64,000 nucleotides of DNA from Bacteroidota bacterium (GCA_040387415.1 JAZKDU010000011.1:27499-91498), one strand, 5' to 3'; shown: positions 40,901-50,997, counted from the stretch's first letter. Numbers and translations are program-made. The notes: generated from the sequence alone by a model not told the origin.

Positions 40901-41163
40901 CCGGTTTGTAAAACATGAATATTCTCAATGGAAACGGTGGTAGTAAATTGGGTTGGCATCACTGTCTTTTTCCAGATCAGATCGCCAGATGTAGTGTATT
41001 TAGAGAAGGTATTAAACTTTGTTTGATAAATATTACCGGATGCATCCGAATTGAAATCTCCGAATGTACCTAGTTCGCTGTTTACTTTAGCCCAGTCAAA
41101 ATTTAACTGCCCGAATATAATCCCACTGTTCAACAATAAGAAAATTAATATGTTTGCTTTCAT
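37987..41163 (-). CDS. T9SS type A CTD protein: SBBP-like beta-propeller repeats, two jelly-roll domains flanking a PA14 domain
   Basis: Likely ATG at 41163 (MKANILIFLL); DFDPGAG repeats; duplicated WKYLDNGTNQGT..ITTYFRK..DDGAVVY.NG..AVEIHQ; PA14 AADDDAELWLS...HKEAVGGD; YPNPT...GIYVLNI. Confidence 0.88.
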   Translation of the reverse strand: MKANILIFLLLNSGIIFGQLNFDWAKVNSELGTFGDFNSDASGNIYQTKFNTFSKYTTSGDLIWKKTVMPTQFTTTVSIENIHVLQTGILITGAIYVTTSGTDSADFDPGAGKAYLKADVRHSAFIAKYTLDGNLIFAKKLTAANTSYNDFLFVKASTDNAGNIYAAGIFRGTVDFNPGPGVFNLFSTNNTGYFSKYDAAGNFLWAKKIDNNEVEGVSVAGISVDNSNRLSLAGNFKGTADFDPSSGTASKTSVGYSDAFIAQYDLNGNFLWVNNLDDNGEIYFSNLSTDESGNMYAIGIFRGTVDFDPGAGATTYTSSEYGDLFAAKYSSSGNYTFSNRIVGQGGGTADNQGNMYLVSGETTTTLTKYSNTGSTFWNQTLEMPQPEITLGGSNEVFLSGNVSNSRVADLDPGAGDYTVIGPERDGTYYFAEYSFTKTQEPFISERSQWKYLDNGTNQGTGWRASSYNDSGWKTGLAELGYGDSDENTVVSFGSNSSAKYITTYFRKTVSISNPSQYSSFELQLLKDDGAVVYINGVEVLRSNMPSGTITSSTLASSALSEPAEATFTKHTISSSKFINGNNTIAVEIHQSSGNSSDLSFNMKLKGLLSAAPPSSCSATGTILREYWANVTGDHVNQIPVTTAPTSTSQLSSFEGPTNTGDNYADRIKGFICAPTTGNYRFWIAADDDAELWLSTNDSPSSKVKIASVTGWTNSREWTKYPSQQSALIYLTAGSKYYIEALHKEAVGGDNLAVGWQTPEGTMERPIPGIRLSPATSTTPSPNTDLILAGGSWKYLDNGTNQGTTWKAVSYNETGWKTGNTELGYGDGGEATVVGYGTSSTNKYITTYFRKSFNVSDVSAFSSLELSLIRDDGAVVYLNGVEVYRNNMPAGTIYYNTLAPNYVDGASESTYVIANISKASLVNGNNVIAVEIHQNSRSSSDISFNLKLKGISGGQRMEDIALETLETKDDFVPYDFILYPNPTTGRFTMEYCVDELKENTFSVEILNSLGQTVFQKQLSIVNGCVKEVIELEQNLPSGIYVLNIIKENKKESKRIVLTR

Positions 41164-41286
41164 GTTACCGGTTTTCGTTTGCAATAATTCTATTACGAAC
41201 TTAGTCCAGTATTAGGCTGATTTGCAGCATTTTTCGACTGCGATAAATATAGAATAGTTAAAAAAACGTTTGCGTAGGGTAAAAAG

Positions 41287-41315
41287 AAAGCCAGTTGATA
41301 GGTTCAACTGGCTTT
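41287..41315 (-). terminator. Intrinsic terminator
   Basis: AAAGCCAGTTGA-TAGGT-TCAACTGGCTTT stem; T-tract on the minus strand. Confidence 0.8.
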
Positions 41316-41341
41316 TAAACAAAATAAATAATTAATTATTC

Positions 41342-42499
41342 TTAAGCTTTAACAGATTCATTTGTAATCACTGTTTCTTCTTTACGATAATGAACACCGC
41401 GTTCTTTTAAATAATTCATAAAGTGATTAAAGCATTTTTCGTGTTTACCTACTAATTCCGGTGGAAAAACACCTTTTTCAGTGAATAGATTTTCTGAAAT
41501 CAGACTTACTGCTGCAGTAGCTGTATAACCTGTAGTACGCGCCATAGAAGAAGTCTGCGTGTCTTTATTATATTCATCATGTAAATGGTATGCAACTTTT
41601 TTAGTAACACCATTTTCTTCACCAACCACCGTCACCCGCATTACGGTAATCTCTTCTTCGGTTTCTCCTAATTTCCATTCATTAAACAAAATTTTGGAAG
41701 TAAAATCCAATGGAACCACATCAACACCATTTATTTGTATCGGCTCCTTACTTAGGAAACCAGAATCGCGTAAAGCAAGCACTTTTTCAATATGCCCAGG
41801 ATAACGCATGGTTTTTTCCTTCATGTTAGGGATGTGCGGCATAGTGAAAATAATAGAACGTAAGCCATCAGAATTAAATGTTTCTAACGTACCAACGCCA
41901 GCCATTTCAATATGTTCTATGTCCGACATGGCTGGTTTAACAACAATCTGGCTATTTTCAACATAACGTGCAGGACGCGTATATTCTTCAATAACATCAA
42001 TAGGGGAGAAAGGAGCTTTGTAGTTAAACGGCCACTTTTTTACTTTCGGTAAACCGCCCACCAGGCACTCAAAATCGGTCAGCTTCATTTTTTCATTGTA
42101 GTACCCTAAAATCACATTGTCCATGCCCGGTGCAACACCGCAATCAACAATAGCGGTTACTCCTTTTTGTTTGGCAAGTGTATCCAGGTCAAGAGAATTT
42201 TCCGGGAAGAAAGAAATATCCACTACATTTTTACCCGCTTCTATAATAGTTTTTAGTGTTTCAAATCCCATAAAGCCCGGTACTGCACATACTACAATAT
42301 CAAAAGGCGCTATTGCAGCAGTTAAAAGTGCCTTGTCCTTTGCATTTAACTGGAGTGTTTGAATAGTTGAATTTTTTTGTTTTAATCTATCCAATGCTTT
42401 GTCGCTGAGATCAGCAACTGTTACATTGTTTTTTTTTGCAAGGTCAATAGCCATAGCGCTGCCAACCATTCCTGCACCTAGTACAATAATTTTTTTCAT
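41342..42499 (-). CDS. Saccharopine dehydrogenase family oxidoreductase
   Basis: VLGAGMVG Rossmann motif, DCGVAPG, FNSDGLRS, KTMRYPGH, MARTTGY. Confidence 0.9.
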   Translation of the reverse strand: MKKIIVLGAGMVGSAMAIDLAKKNNVTVADLSDKALDRLKQKNSTIQTLQLNAKDKALLTAAIAPFDIVVCAVPGFMGFETLKTIIEAGKNVVDISFFPENSLDLDTLAKQKGVTAIVDCGVAPGMDNVILGYYNEKMKLTDFECLVGGLPKVKKWPFNYKAPFSPIDVIEEYTRPARYVENSQIVVKPAMSDIEHIEMAGVGTLETFNSDGLRSIIFTMPHIPNMKEKTMRYPGHIEKVLALRDSGFLSKEPIQINGVDVVPLDFTSKILFNEWKLGETEEEITVMRVTVVGEENGVTKKVAYHLHDEYNKDTQTSSMARTTGYTATAAVSLISENLFTEKGVFPPELVGKHEKCFNHFMNYLKERGVHYRKEETVITNESVKA

Positions 42500-42715
42500 G
42501 AAATTTTTTTATGAGGTATAATTAATTTACGGAAAATATATAAGAACACAAAAAGCAGATCACAAACCGGGTAGGGCTACCCAAGGCAGAAATTTGAATA
42601 CTATTTTTGCGAAATTTTTTCTCATTTGAATGATTCAAATATACTTAAATTTTATAAATAACATTGTGAGAGCGAAGCATTTATCCTAATCTGTTTCCGT
42701 ACCCTCTTATCAAAA

Positions 42716-42940
42716 TTAAATACTTCTGGTAATAATTTCCTGCACTCGTCCAACCTGCCGGGTATCCAATGTAACTTTTATGCCTCTTGAATGAAAAGGC
42801 TTGCTGGTAAGTATCCACTGGACTTTACCACGGGTACGTTTTCCGGTACGCTGATCTTTTTTTAGTACAATCTCCACCTCCATACCGAGCGCGATATTGG
42901 CACGGAACATATTAGGAGTGTGAGGGGCAGTTAAATTCAT
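42716..42940 (-). CDS. YwbE/DUF2196 family protein
   Basis: VEIVLKKDQRTGKRTRGKV..ILT....HSRGIKV.L....VGRVQ. Confidence 0.9.
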   Translation of the reverse strand: MNLTAPHTPNMFRANIALGMEVEIVLKKDQRTGKRTRGKVQWILTSKPFHSRGIKVTLDTRQVGRVQEIITRSI

Positions 42941-43019
42941 TTGATTATAAAAACATCAATAAAAATGTGGGTTGTAAAATATCCTAAAACAGTATGTGAT
43001 CTATCGGATAAAATATGAT

Positions 43020-44432
43020 TTATGAGTTACAACCCGCATAAACACTTACTTTAATTTCAGGATCAGCTGTAGTTATTGTTTTAAAACCCCCTTCTACATT
43101 GATCAGGTTATCATACCCTCTGGATTTTAAAATGGAGGCATATATCATTGAACGGTAGCCACCAGCGCAGTGCACATAATATGTTTTGTTTTTATCAACA
43201 GCGGGCATACTGTCATTTATATTATCCAATGGCAAATTTTCCGCATCAACAATGTGTCCCGTTTGGTACTCCGCTGTTTTACGAACATCCAAAATATTGA
43301 TTTTCGGATCTGTTTTGTAAGTATCAACAAATGTTTGAACAGAGATAGATTTTATTTCATCTCTTTCTTTTCCTGCATTTTTCCAGGCAGTAAAACCGCC
43401 TTTTATATATCCAAGGGTGTTGTCATATCCAACCCTGGCAAGGCGAATAACGGTTTCTTCTTCTCTGCCTTCCTCTGTTACCAATAAAATAGGTTGATTA
43501 ATATCCGTAATTAAGGCACCTACCCATGGAGCAAATCCTCCATCAATACCGATATTGATTGAATTAGGAATAAAACCTTTTGCAAATACAGCCTGGCTGC
43601 GAACATCCAATATTATTGCATTTGTTTCATTGGCAATATTTTCAAACTCTTCAGGATTCAATATTTTTGTTCCTGTTTTTATCACGTCAGCAATATTGGG
43701 ATACCCTTCTTTGTTCATTTTTACATTTAACGGAAAGTAGAGTGGGGGAGGCAATAAGCCGGATGTCACTTCTTTTATGAATTCAGCTTTGGTCATATCA
43801 GCACGTAAAGCGTAATTTATCTTTTTTTGACTTCCAAGCGTGTCGAATGTTTCTTTGCTCATGTGTTTGCCACAGGCAGAACCTGCGCCATGTGCAGGAT
43901 AAACTATTACATGATCAGGAAGCGGCATAATTTTATTACGAAGCGAATCATATAAAGTGCCTGCCAAATCTTCTATTGTAAGGCTTGATTTTGCTGCAAG
44001 ATCAGGACGGCCAACATCACCGATAAAAAGAGTGTCACCACTGAAAATAGCATGTTCCTTACCATTTTCATCCAATAAAAGATAAGTGGTGGATTCCACG
44101 GTATGCCCAGGGGTATGTAAAACTTTAATAGTTAGTTTTCCAACTTTCAGTTCTTCACCATCTTTTGCATTATGAGCTTTAAACGCGGTGTTTGCTTCAG
44201 GACCGAAAACAATGGTAGCCCCGGTGGCTTCCGCAAGATCAATATGACCGCTTACGAAATCTGCATGGAAATGAGTTTCCAAAACATATTTAATTTTTAC
44301 ATTTTCCTTTTTTGCCTTCTGAATATATGGGTTGATTTCTCTCAAAGGATCAATTACTATGGCCTCGTTCTCTGATTGAATAAAATAGGCACCCTGTGCC
44401 AAACATCCTGTATAAATCTGTTCTATTTTCAT
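43020..44432 (-). CDS. MBL-fold hydrolase (persulfide dioxygenase-like) fused to two rhodanese domains
   Basis: Likely ATG 44432 (MKIEQIYTGCLAQ); THFHADF, HTPGHT, GDVGRPDL, YPAHGAGSACG; HCAGGYRS. Confidence 0.92.
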   Translation of the reverse strand: MKIEQIYTGCLAQGAYFIQSENEAIVIDPLREINPYIQKAKKENVKIKYVLETHFHADFVSGHIDLAEATGATIVFGPEANTAFKAHNAKDGEELKVGKLTIKVLHTPGHTVESTTYLLLDENGKEHAIFSGDTLFIGDVGRPDLAAKSSLTIEDLAGTLYDSLRNKIMPLPDHVIVYPAHGAGSACGKHMSKETFDTLGSQKKINYALRADMTKAEFIKEVTSGLLPPPLYFPLNVKMNKEGYPNIADVIKTGTKILNPEEFENIANETNAIILDVRSQAVFAKGFIPNSINIGIDGGFAPWVGALITDINQPILLVTEEGREEETVIRLARVGYDNTLGYIKGGFTAWKNAGKERDEIKSISVQTFVDTYKTDPKINILDVRKTAEYQTGHIVDAENLPLDNINDSMPAVDKNKTYYVHCAGGYRSMIYASILKSRGYDNLINVEGGFKTITTADPEIKVSVYAGCNS

Positions 44433-44592
44433 AATGGATAGGAATAAAAACTGCGAATATTTTAAACGAAAGTTGAATAACAAATATACGAATAATTTTA
44501 CAAAAATGTGGCTAAGAAATGCACATAAACCTGCAATAGATGATCCAATAAAGTCTTAAAAAAAAATAGGTGAGAATTGTTTGGTTACCTGT

Positions 44593-45915
44593 TTAACGAA
44601 TTAATGAAATGTTTCCTTTTTTCATTAATTTTTCACCAGTATTTAGCTCCAAATCAATATAATAGACAAATACAGCAGGATCCAATGTTTTGCCTCTATA
44701 CGTACCATCCCATATTTTAGCAGGATTTTTACTTTCAAATACTTTCTCTCCCCAACGATCGAAAATATACAAAGCGAAGCTTGAAATGCATTTGTTCCAG
44801 CCATTTAGAATAAACTGATCATTGTGTCCATCACCATTTGGTGAAAATGCGTTTGGTACTGTAAAATCTCCGCAGGCTTCGGTTGCAGCTTCTTTTGTTT
44901 TTAAAGTCCATGGAGCAGAATAATTAATATTAGTAACTGTAACTGTATTTGCAGCGGAATTATTTGTGCCCAAAGTTGGATTTTGCCACTGTGTGCCGTT
45001 CCACATCCAGGCAAGTAAACTATCTTCAATAATAGTGTTGGTGCTGCCACTTATTGGATTCCATTCTGTGTCGCGATACGTAAAAGTAATAGTTGCAACA
45101 GGGTTTGAAGAGTAATTATTGGCATCAACATTCCAAAAGCGGTCGGCACAAATTTCTGCGCTTTCGTTGCCGCTTGCATCATTCAAGTCCGTCACCCCTG
45201 CAGGTAAAGGGCGATTGTTAGGACTCGCATTTACGCTGGTTGGATAAGTTGCAACGGATATATTTCCTGCAACGGTCTCAGTTCCGGCAGCAGTAACGTT
45301 ATAAAGAAAAGGAATGTAATTTCCGGATAGGGTTCCAAAAGGGTAAACATAGTTATTTGCTGTATTTCCAATATTCCATTGAACTCTGCCGTAACCTGCA
45401 ATTGCATCTGTTTCGGAAATAATGTATCCGGTTGTTCTTGTTATAGCGGTCGCAGCCGGATTTGTGATTATACAGGTGTTGCTGTTCAGATCGAGCGGGT
45501 TAAAATTCAATGAAAGAACTCCTGTATTACCTCCAACAACGGTATTAATATCAAGCGTTTTGGTGCCTGAGCCTTGTAAATTAAGGTTATTGAATGTAGT
45601 TGTTTGGGTTCCCATAATTGTTTGGGAAGCACCGTTTAAAATAACAGTCCCCACCGTTGGATCAAGACAGCCCAATGCCTCGTTATTGGTCCAATCACCT
45701 GTAATATACACATCACCCTGGTTATGAATAGCGCCAATATTATTAACTAAATGACCATCAACATACAAAATAGCACTTGAATAAAGTGTTACGTCAGTTC
45801 CACCATTAAAAAAGTTGGTTTGAGATAAGGAAGAAAACGGTGTCAAAATCATAGCCATGATTGTTAAAATCAAGGTCTTGCAAACACCATTAAAAATAGA
45901 AAAACTGTTTTTCAT
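44593..45915 (-). CDS. T9SS type B CTD (gliding motility-associated C-terminal domain) protein
   Basis: Signal peptide to SLSQ; C-terminal VPNAFSPNGDGHND...IFDRWGEKVF...WDGTYRG...KGNISLIR. Confidence 0.92.
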   Translation of the reverse strand: MKNSFSIFNGVCKTLILTIMAMILTPFSSLSQTNFFNGGTDVTLYSSAILYVDGHLVNNIGAIHNQGDVYITGDWTNNEALGCLDPTVGTVILNGASQTIMGTQTTTFNNLNLQGSGTKTLDINTVVGGNTGVLSLNFNPLDLNSNTCIITNPAATAITRTTGYIISETDAIAGYGRVQWNIGNTANNYVYPFGTLSGNYIPFLYNVTAAGTETVAGNISVATYPTSVNASPNNRPLPAGVTDLNDASGNESAEICADRFWNVDANNYSSNPVATITFTYRDTEWNPISGSTNTIIEDSLLAWMWNGTQWQNPTLGTNNSAANTVTVTNINYSAPWTLKTKEAATEACGDFTVPNAFSPNGDGHNDQFILNGWNKCISSFALYIFDRWGEKVFESKNPAKIWDGTYRGKTLDPAVFVYYIDLELNTGEKLMKKGNISLIR

Positions 45916-45951
45916 TGTTATGATTACTAGGTACAAAGTTCAAACTGTTTA

Positions 45952-48198
45952 TTATTTCTCAGATTTAGTACTGAGTATTGTTTCAAGTGTTTTAATACGG
46001 GTATCGTACTCCTGTTCCAGTTTTTTGAGTTTGCTTTGCAAACGATCAATTTCCGTTTGTTGATTTTGATTTAACTCTTTATAACTAGTAATTTCCTGCT
46101 GTTGTTCCTGAATGGCTTTAACCATGGGCATAATAAAATCGGTATAACGCAAAGAGTAAACTTCTTTATCATTTTTTGGCATATCAATTCCCGGGAAATT
46201 AAAACCACTCTCCTTAGCGGCTTTCTCTACATCCTGTGCTAAAAAACCGATACGTATTTCTTTTTCAGCTGCACTATGATCTATCTTATTAACCAAAGAG
46301 TCTGGTGTTCCCCAGATCTTGTGAAGTTCTTTCGGACGAACATTATAGGTTACCGGCTTTAATTTTAAAATAAAATCAAGTCCGGAAACATTTTCTTTAA
46401 CATTTGTTTTGTACCGTGCATCAGAATAGGTTGTCCAGGCAATTCCTCCATTGCTGAATTTTGTAACTGCTGTATTACCAAGTATTACTTCATTACTTCC
46501 GGTACATTGAGCATTTGCAATCCCATATCCCAGCATAGTAACATTGGTGCGGGATGTGGCTGGATAGGAAGTGCTGCCAATAAAAGTACATTGGTTAAAA
46601 TCAAAATTTCCACCGCTGCCATAACCTGCTTTATACCCTAGTGCTGTATTGTCACTTCCGTTGACATTGGACTTTAGCGCCTCCGCTCCAACAGCGGTGT
46701 TAAATACCCCGGAGGTATTGTTAACGAGGGCTTCAGAGCCAGTAGCAGTATTTTGGGTTCCGGTCATATTGGTAGAAAGTGCAAAGTAACCATTGGCCGT
46801 ATTATGGTACCCAGTGGTAGTGTTACCAAGTGCCTGAGATCCCATGGCAGTATTGTAGTCGGCAGTAGTACCTTGAAGTGCTCCCGAACCAACAGCAGTA
46901 TTGAATCTGCCTGTAATATTCGATAAAAGTGCATTAAAACCAATGGAGGTATTGCTGGCGCCAGTAGTATTGTTATATAATGCCTGGTATCCAACAGCAG
47001 TATTGCCTATTGCATTGGTGTTGGACCATAATGCCTGGTAACCAATTGCTGTGTTTTTTCTTCCAATATTTTGACTAATTGGTAATTGTCCTTTAAAGGC
47101 TTCATAACCAAGAGCCACATTGTCATTTATATGGGCAGAACCTGATTTTATATAATTAGCCATTGCGTTATAGCCTATGGCAGTAGCAAATGATCCGCCA
47201 GAGTTGTTACAAAGAGCATTGTGCCCCAAAGCAGTATTTTTACTCCCGATAGTATTAGAATATAGGGCGCTGTCTCCCATGGCAGCATTTCCAGTTCCTG
47301 TTGTATTGGAATAAAGTGCCTGGTAACCGTTTGCTGTATTGCTTGTTCCGGTAGTAACCGCATTTCCGGATTGATATCCGTAAAAAGTGTTAAATAATGC
47401 AGGATCAATTCTTCCTGATTTTTGATTGTTCACTTTTATATTAAAAGGGACATTATCAATAGTCCCAATAAAGTTAGTGCCGTCAACCGTGCCGGTATTG
47501 CCGGTAATGGTCCAATGAGTTCCTACATCAGTACCAGTTGCACCTGTTGTGCCTATAGTACCTGTATCTCCCGTTGATCCTATACTGCCAGTGCTTCCTG
47601 TATCACCTGTGGCTCCAGTAGTACCAACATTCCCTGTACTTCCATTGTTACCGGTATTTCCTGTAATTCCTATATCGCCCGTTGAGCCAGTACTTCCAAC
47701 ATTACCAGTTGATCCGTTTAGCCCTGTATTTCCTGTAACTCCTATAAGTCCATCATTTCCGGTAGATCCAGTAACGCCATTTGTACCAGCCCCAGTAGAA
47801 CCTGTAAAACCAATTATACCCGCAACTCCAGCAGAACCAGTTGGTCCTGTATATCCTGTTATTCCGGACCCTCCCGAAGTACCGTCACAAAGGGATTTCC
47901 AGTTATTTGTAATACCCTTCCAATAAAAGAAACAGGCAGAATCAGTATCATAAACCAATAAACTATTCGCAGGAGCCACAATAGCCAATCGCTGCAAGGC
48001 GGTCATTCGGGGAACAAGCATTCCTTTGTTATGAAAAGGGCTGGCATCTATATCAAGCAATGCAGATGGGGCAGGTGTTAACGTACCAATACCTATATTG
48101 CTGTTTTGGGCATAACTTTTTGCAAATGGATTAAAGCAAAACCTAAATAATAAAATGAAAAATAAGTAATGAAACTTCTTTATTATGATTTTTCGCAT
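45952..48198 (-). CDS. Fibre-like protein 1: N-module, collagen-like Gly-X-Thr, 17-aa NTAxGxxAL repeats, peptidase S74 chaperone
   Basis: Signal peptide to SYAQ; SDARYK..V...[21 protein letters not shown]..coiled coil. Confidence 0.88.
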   Translation of the reverse strand: MRKIIIKKFHYLFFILLFRFCFNPFAKSYAQNSNIGIGTLTPAPSALLDIDASPFHNKGMLVPRMTALQRLAIVAPANSLLVYDTDSACFFYWKGITNNWKSLCDGTSGGSGITGYTGPTGSAGVAGIIGFTGSTGAGTNGVTGSTGNDGLIGVTGNTGLNGSTGNVGSTGSTGDIGITGNTGNNGSTGNVGTTGATGDTGSTGSIGSTGDTGTIGTTGATGTDVGTHWTITGNTGTVDGTNFIGTIDNVPFNIKVNNQKSGRIDPALFNTFYGYQSGNAVTTGTSNTANGYQALYSNTTGTGNAAMGDSALYSNTIGSKNTALGHNALCNNSGGSFATAIGYNAMANYIKSGSAHINDNVALGYEAFKGQLPISQNIGRKNTAIGYQALWSNTNAIGNTAVGYQALYNNTTGASNTSIGFNALLSNITGRFNTAVGSGALQGTTADYNTAMGSQALGNTTTGYHNTANGYFALSTNMTGTQNTATGSEALVNNTSGVFNTAVGAEALKSNVNGSDNTALGYKAGYGSGGNFDFNQCTFIGSTSYPATSRTNVTMLGYGIANAQCTGSNEVILGNTAVTKFSNGGIAWTTYSDARYKTNVKENVSGLDFILKLKPVTYNVRPKELHKIWGTPDSLVNKIDHSAAEKEIRIGFLAQDVEKAAKESGFNFPGIDMPKNDKEVYSLRYTDFIMPMVKAIQEQQQEITSYKELNQNQQTEIDRLQSKLKKLEQEYDTRIKTLETILSTKSEK

Positions 48199-48331
48199 AC
48201 TATTAATTTTATTGGGTTATAACCTTATCCTTATATGATGGCTCTAAAGTAATTAATAATTGTAATATTATTTCTATCCCGCTTTTAAATTTATTATCGA
48301 TCTGTTATTTTGTATCGGGTTATCCTCTAGA

Positions 48332-48371
48332 AATAAAAAAGGAAACAGTAATTGCTGTTTCCTTTTTTATT
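48332..48371. terminator. Bidirectional-type intrinsic terminator after the 48403 gene
   Basis: AATAAAAAAGGAAACAG-TAATTG-CTGTTTCCTTTTTTATT perfect stem. Confidence 0.88.
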
Positions 48372-48402
48372 CTTTTATAAATTTATATTTAGTGTTATGA
48401 TC

Positions 48403-49740
48403 TTATCTGATCAATGAAATGTTTCCTTTTCTTTGGATTTTATCACCACCATTAACATTGGCATTCAGGAAATAAACAAATACGTTTGGATCTAATGTTT
48501 TTCCTCTGTAAGTGCCATCCCATGACTTTCCAGGATCACTGCTTTCAAAGACTTTTTCTCCCCAACGGTCAAAAATATTTATAGAGAAATCAGAAACACA
48601 ATTGTTTAACCAACCACGAAGTACAAATAGATCATTATGTCCATCATTATTTGGCGAAAAGGCATTGGGAACGGTATAGTCACCACAAGCTTCAGGAGGT
48701 ACATCTCTTGATTTTAAAGTCCAAGCTGCAGAATAGTCAATCCCCGTCATACTCACCGTATTTCCTGCTAAATCAAGTAATCCAAAAGGAGGGTTCTGCC
48801 ATTGAATTCCATCCCATCTCCAGGCACGAAGACTGTCTTCAACAATATCATTTGTACTGCCGCTTGTTGTATTCCATTCCAAATCACGATAGGTAAGGCT
48901 TATGTTAGCAGTAGGATTTGTGGAGTAATTATTAATATCAGTTATCCAGAATCTGTCAGCGCAGGATTCAGCTCTGTCAGTGCCACTTGCATCATTTAAG
49001 TCTGAAACTCCGGCAGGTAAAGGACGATTATTAGGACTTGACGTAACACTTGTTGGATAGGTTGCAACAGATATATTACCATTGGCTGTTTGTGAGCCAT
49101 TTGCATTAACATTGTATACTACAGGAATATAAGTTCCTGATAAGGTTCCAAAAGGAATAGTATAGTTACCTGTTGAATTTCCAATATTCCATTGAAGTCT
49201 GCCATAGCCGGCAATAGGATCTGTTTCAGAAACGATATAACCGCTTGTACGTGTTATTGCTAAAGAAGAAGGATTTGTTATTTCACATACTTTACTGTTC
49301 AAATTAAAAGGACTAAAATTTAAAGAGAGTATTCCGGTGTTTCCACCAACAATTGTATTGATATTAAGTGTTTTTGTACCTGATCCCTGGCAATCTAAAT
49401 TATTAAATGTTGTGGTTTGTGTTCCCTGGATAAGCTGGGAAGCACCATACAGAATAACAGTTCCGGTTGTAGGGTCCAGACACCCAGATGGTTCGTTGTT
49501 TGTCCAGTCTCCTGTTAAGTAGATGTCACCCTGATTATGAATGAAACCAGTAGGTTCATTTATAACATGCCCGCCCACGTATAAAATAGTACTCGGATTA
49601 ATAGCGATATCAATACCGCCATTATAAAAATTAGTGGGCTGGGAAATGGAGAGAAAAGGCGTTAAAACACTTAATAACACTATAGAAACAAAGCGTGAGT
49701 GTATAAGTGAAATATATGGAAAATGTAATTTTTTTATCAT
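48403..49740 (-). CDS. T9SS type B CTD protein, paralog of 44593..45915
   Basis: Same IHNQGD.Y.TGDWTNN, PNNRPLPAGV.DLNDASG, ADRFW and VPNAFSPN...KGNISLIR motifs; start 49740 or 49749 uncertain. Confidence 0.9.
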   Translation of the reverse strand: MIKKLHFPYISLIHSRFVSIVLLSVLTPFLSISQPTNFYNGGIDIAINPSTILYVGGHVINEPTGFIHNQGDIYLTGDWTNNEPSGCLDPTTGTVILYGASQLIQGTQTTTFNNLDCQGSGTKTLNINTIVGGNTGILSLNFSPFNLNSKVCEITNPSSLAITRTSGYIVSETDPIAGYGRLQWNIGNSTGNYTIPFGTLSGTYIPVVYNVNANGSQTANGNISVATYPTSVTSSPNNRPLPAGVSDLNDASGTDRAESCADRFWITDINNYSTNPTANISLTYRDLEWNTTSGSTNDIVEDSLRAWRWDGIQWQNPPFGLLDLAGNTVSMTGIDYSAAWTLKSRDVPPEACGDYTVPNAFSPNNDGHNDLFVLRGWLNNCVSDFSINIFDRWGEKVFESSDPGKSWDGTYRGKTLDPNVFVYFLNANVNGGDKIQRKGNISLIR

Positions 49741-49997
49741 TTTTTGCATATTTATGTTATAAAGATATATCATTTTAACGGCTTTTCAAAATTAAATTTG
49801 TTATTTTTTTAGTGTTTTTCAATATTCGATGCTTGGTGTTTTTGTATATAAAAAACACGTTATCTATTTTTACCTATTCCTGCTCCGTTTTAGTTGAATG
49901 TCGAAACAATTTTTTTTATAACTTCCCACTGCGATTTGATTCTCAATATACATTTTCCAGTATTTAATATCGAAAGAATAAATTAAAATAGTGAATT

Positions 49998-50936
49998 ATG
50001 AAAAATCTGTTTATGCTGGTTGTAGTAGGTTGGATGCAACTATTTGTAACATTTGCTCAAAAAAGTGAATTAGGTTTAGAACAAGCTCAGATAAAGGGAG
50101 AGGAGTATATAAATAAAATTTTGATGAGCAATATTGGCGGAAAAGTAAAAGTTAAAAGTATTTCGGAAGAGGATTGTCTTTATAAGCTTATTATAGAAAC
50201 CAACGGACAGGAATACATTTCATACATGTCCAAAGATGGAAAAAAATTTTTTCAAACTGGAAGAGATATTGATATGGAGATGAAAAGATATATTGATGAA
50301 CGTACAACAGTGAAATTAGTGAAACCCAAAGTTGAACTTTTTGTAATGAGCTATTGTCCGTATGGTATACAAATGGAAAAAGGTATTTTACCCGTATTGG
50401 AAACTTTAGGAAATAAAATTGATTTCGAATTGAAGTTCTGTTCCTATGCAATGCACGATCAAAAAGAATTAACCGAACAATTAAGAGAGTTTTGCATTCA
50501 AAAGCAGTATCCGGAGTTATTTATAAATTATTTAAGCTGTTTTCTGGAAGAAGGAAATTCAGCAAAATGTTTAGTAAAGTCAGGGATAGATACGATAAAA
50601 CTGAACAGCTATATAGCCGCTACGGATAAGGAGTACCACGTTATGGAACAGTTTAAAGACAACAGCACCTGGTACATGAATAAATACCCGAGCTTCAATA
50701 TTTATAAGGAGGATAATATAAAATATAATTTAAAAGGCTCGCCCAATCTGATAATAAATGGTAAGAAAATGCCTTCAGGAAGAGACCCTCAAAGCCTTAT
50801 GGAATTAATAAGTTCGGCATTTATTGAGCCGCCTGCAGAATGTAAAACCAAATTATCGTCTGCAAACCCATCTCCAGGTTTTGGATCAGCCAACGCAGCA
50901 CCAGGCCCAAATCAGGAGTGTAATGGAAGTAAGTAG
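49998..50936 (+). CDS. Exported thioredoxin-fold (GILT/DsbA-like) protein
   Basis: Signal peptide; PKVELFVMSYCPYG motif, GSPNLIING cis-Pro-like loop, several further Cys. Confidence 0.7.
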   Translation: MKNLFMLVVVGWMQLFVTFAQKSELGLEQAQIKGEEYINKILMSNIGGKVKVKSISEEDCLYKLIIETNGQEYISYMSKDGKKFFQTGRDIDMEMKRYIDERTTVKLVKPKVELFVMSYCPYGIQMEKGILPVLETLGNKIDFELKFCSYAMHDQKELTEQLREFCIQKQYPELFINYLSCFLEEGNSAKCLVKSGIDTIKLNSYIAATDKEYHVMEQFKDNSTWYMNKYPSFNIYKEDNIKYNLKGSPNLIINGKKMPSGRDPQSLMELISSAFIEPPAECKTKLSSANPSPGFGSANAAPGPNQECNGSK

Positions 50937-50997
50937 TACATTAGCCAGAGTAAAGCAGCTTTTTTTCTTTTCTTGTACCTAGTCTTTTAATATAAAA

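Noticed and set aside
42569-42582. GGGTAG-GG-CTACCC mini-hairpin upstream of the saccharopine dehydrogenase gene
   Set aside because: 6-bp stem, single copy, no supporting riboswitch or terminator context
627-44375. Numerous short antisense or nested ORFs within valS, E2, the 1495-aa gene, the protease and the MBL gene
   Set aside because: Fully overlap confidently assigned genes and lack recognisable motifs
43020-44432. MBL-rhodanese fusion as a novel system
   Set aside because: Well-known persulfide dioxygenase/sulfurtransferase architecture, common in Bacteroidota
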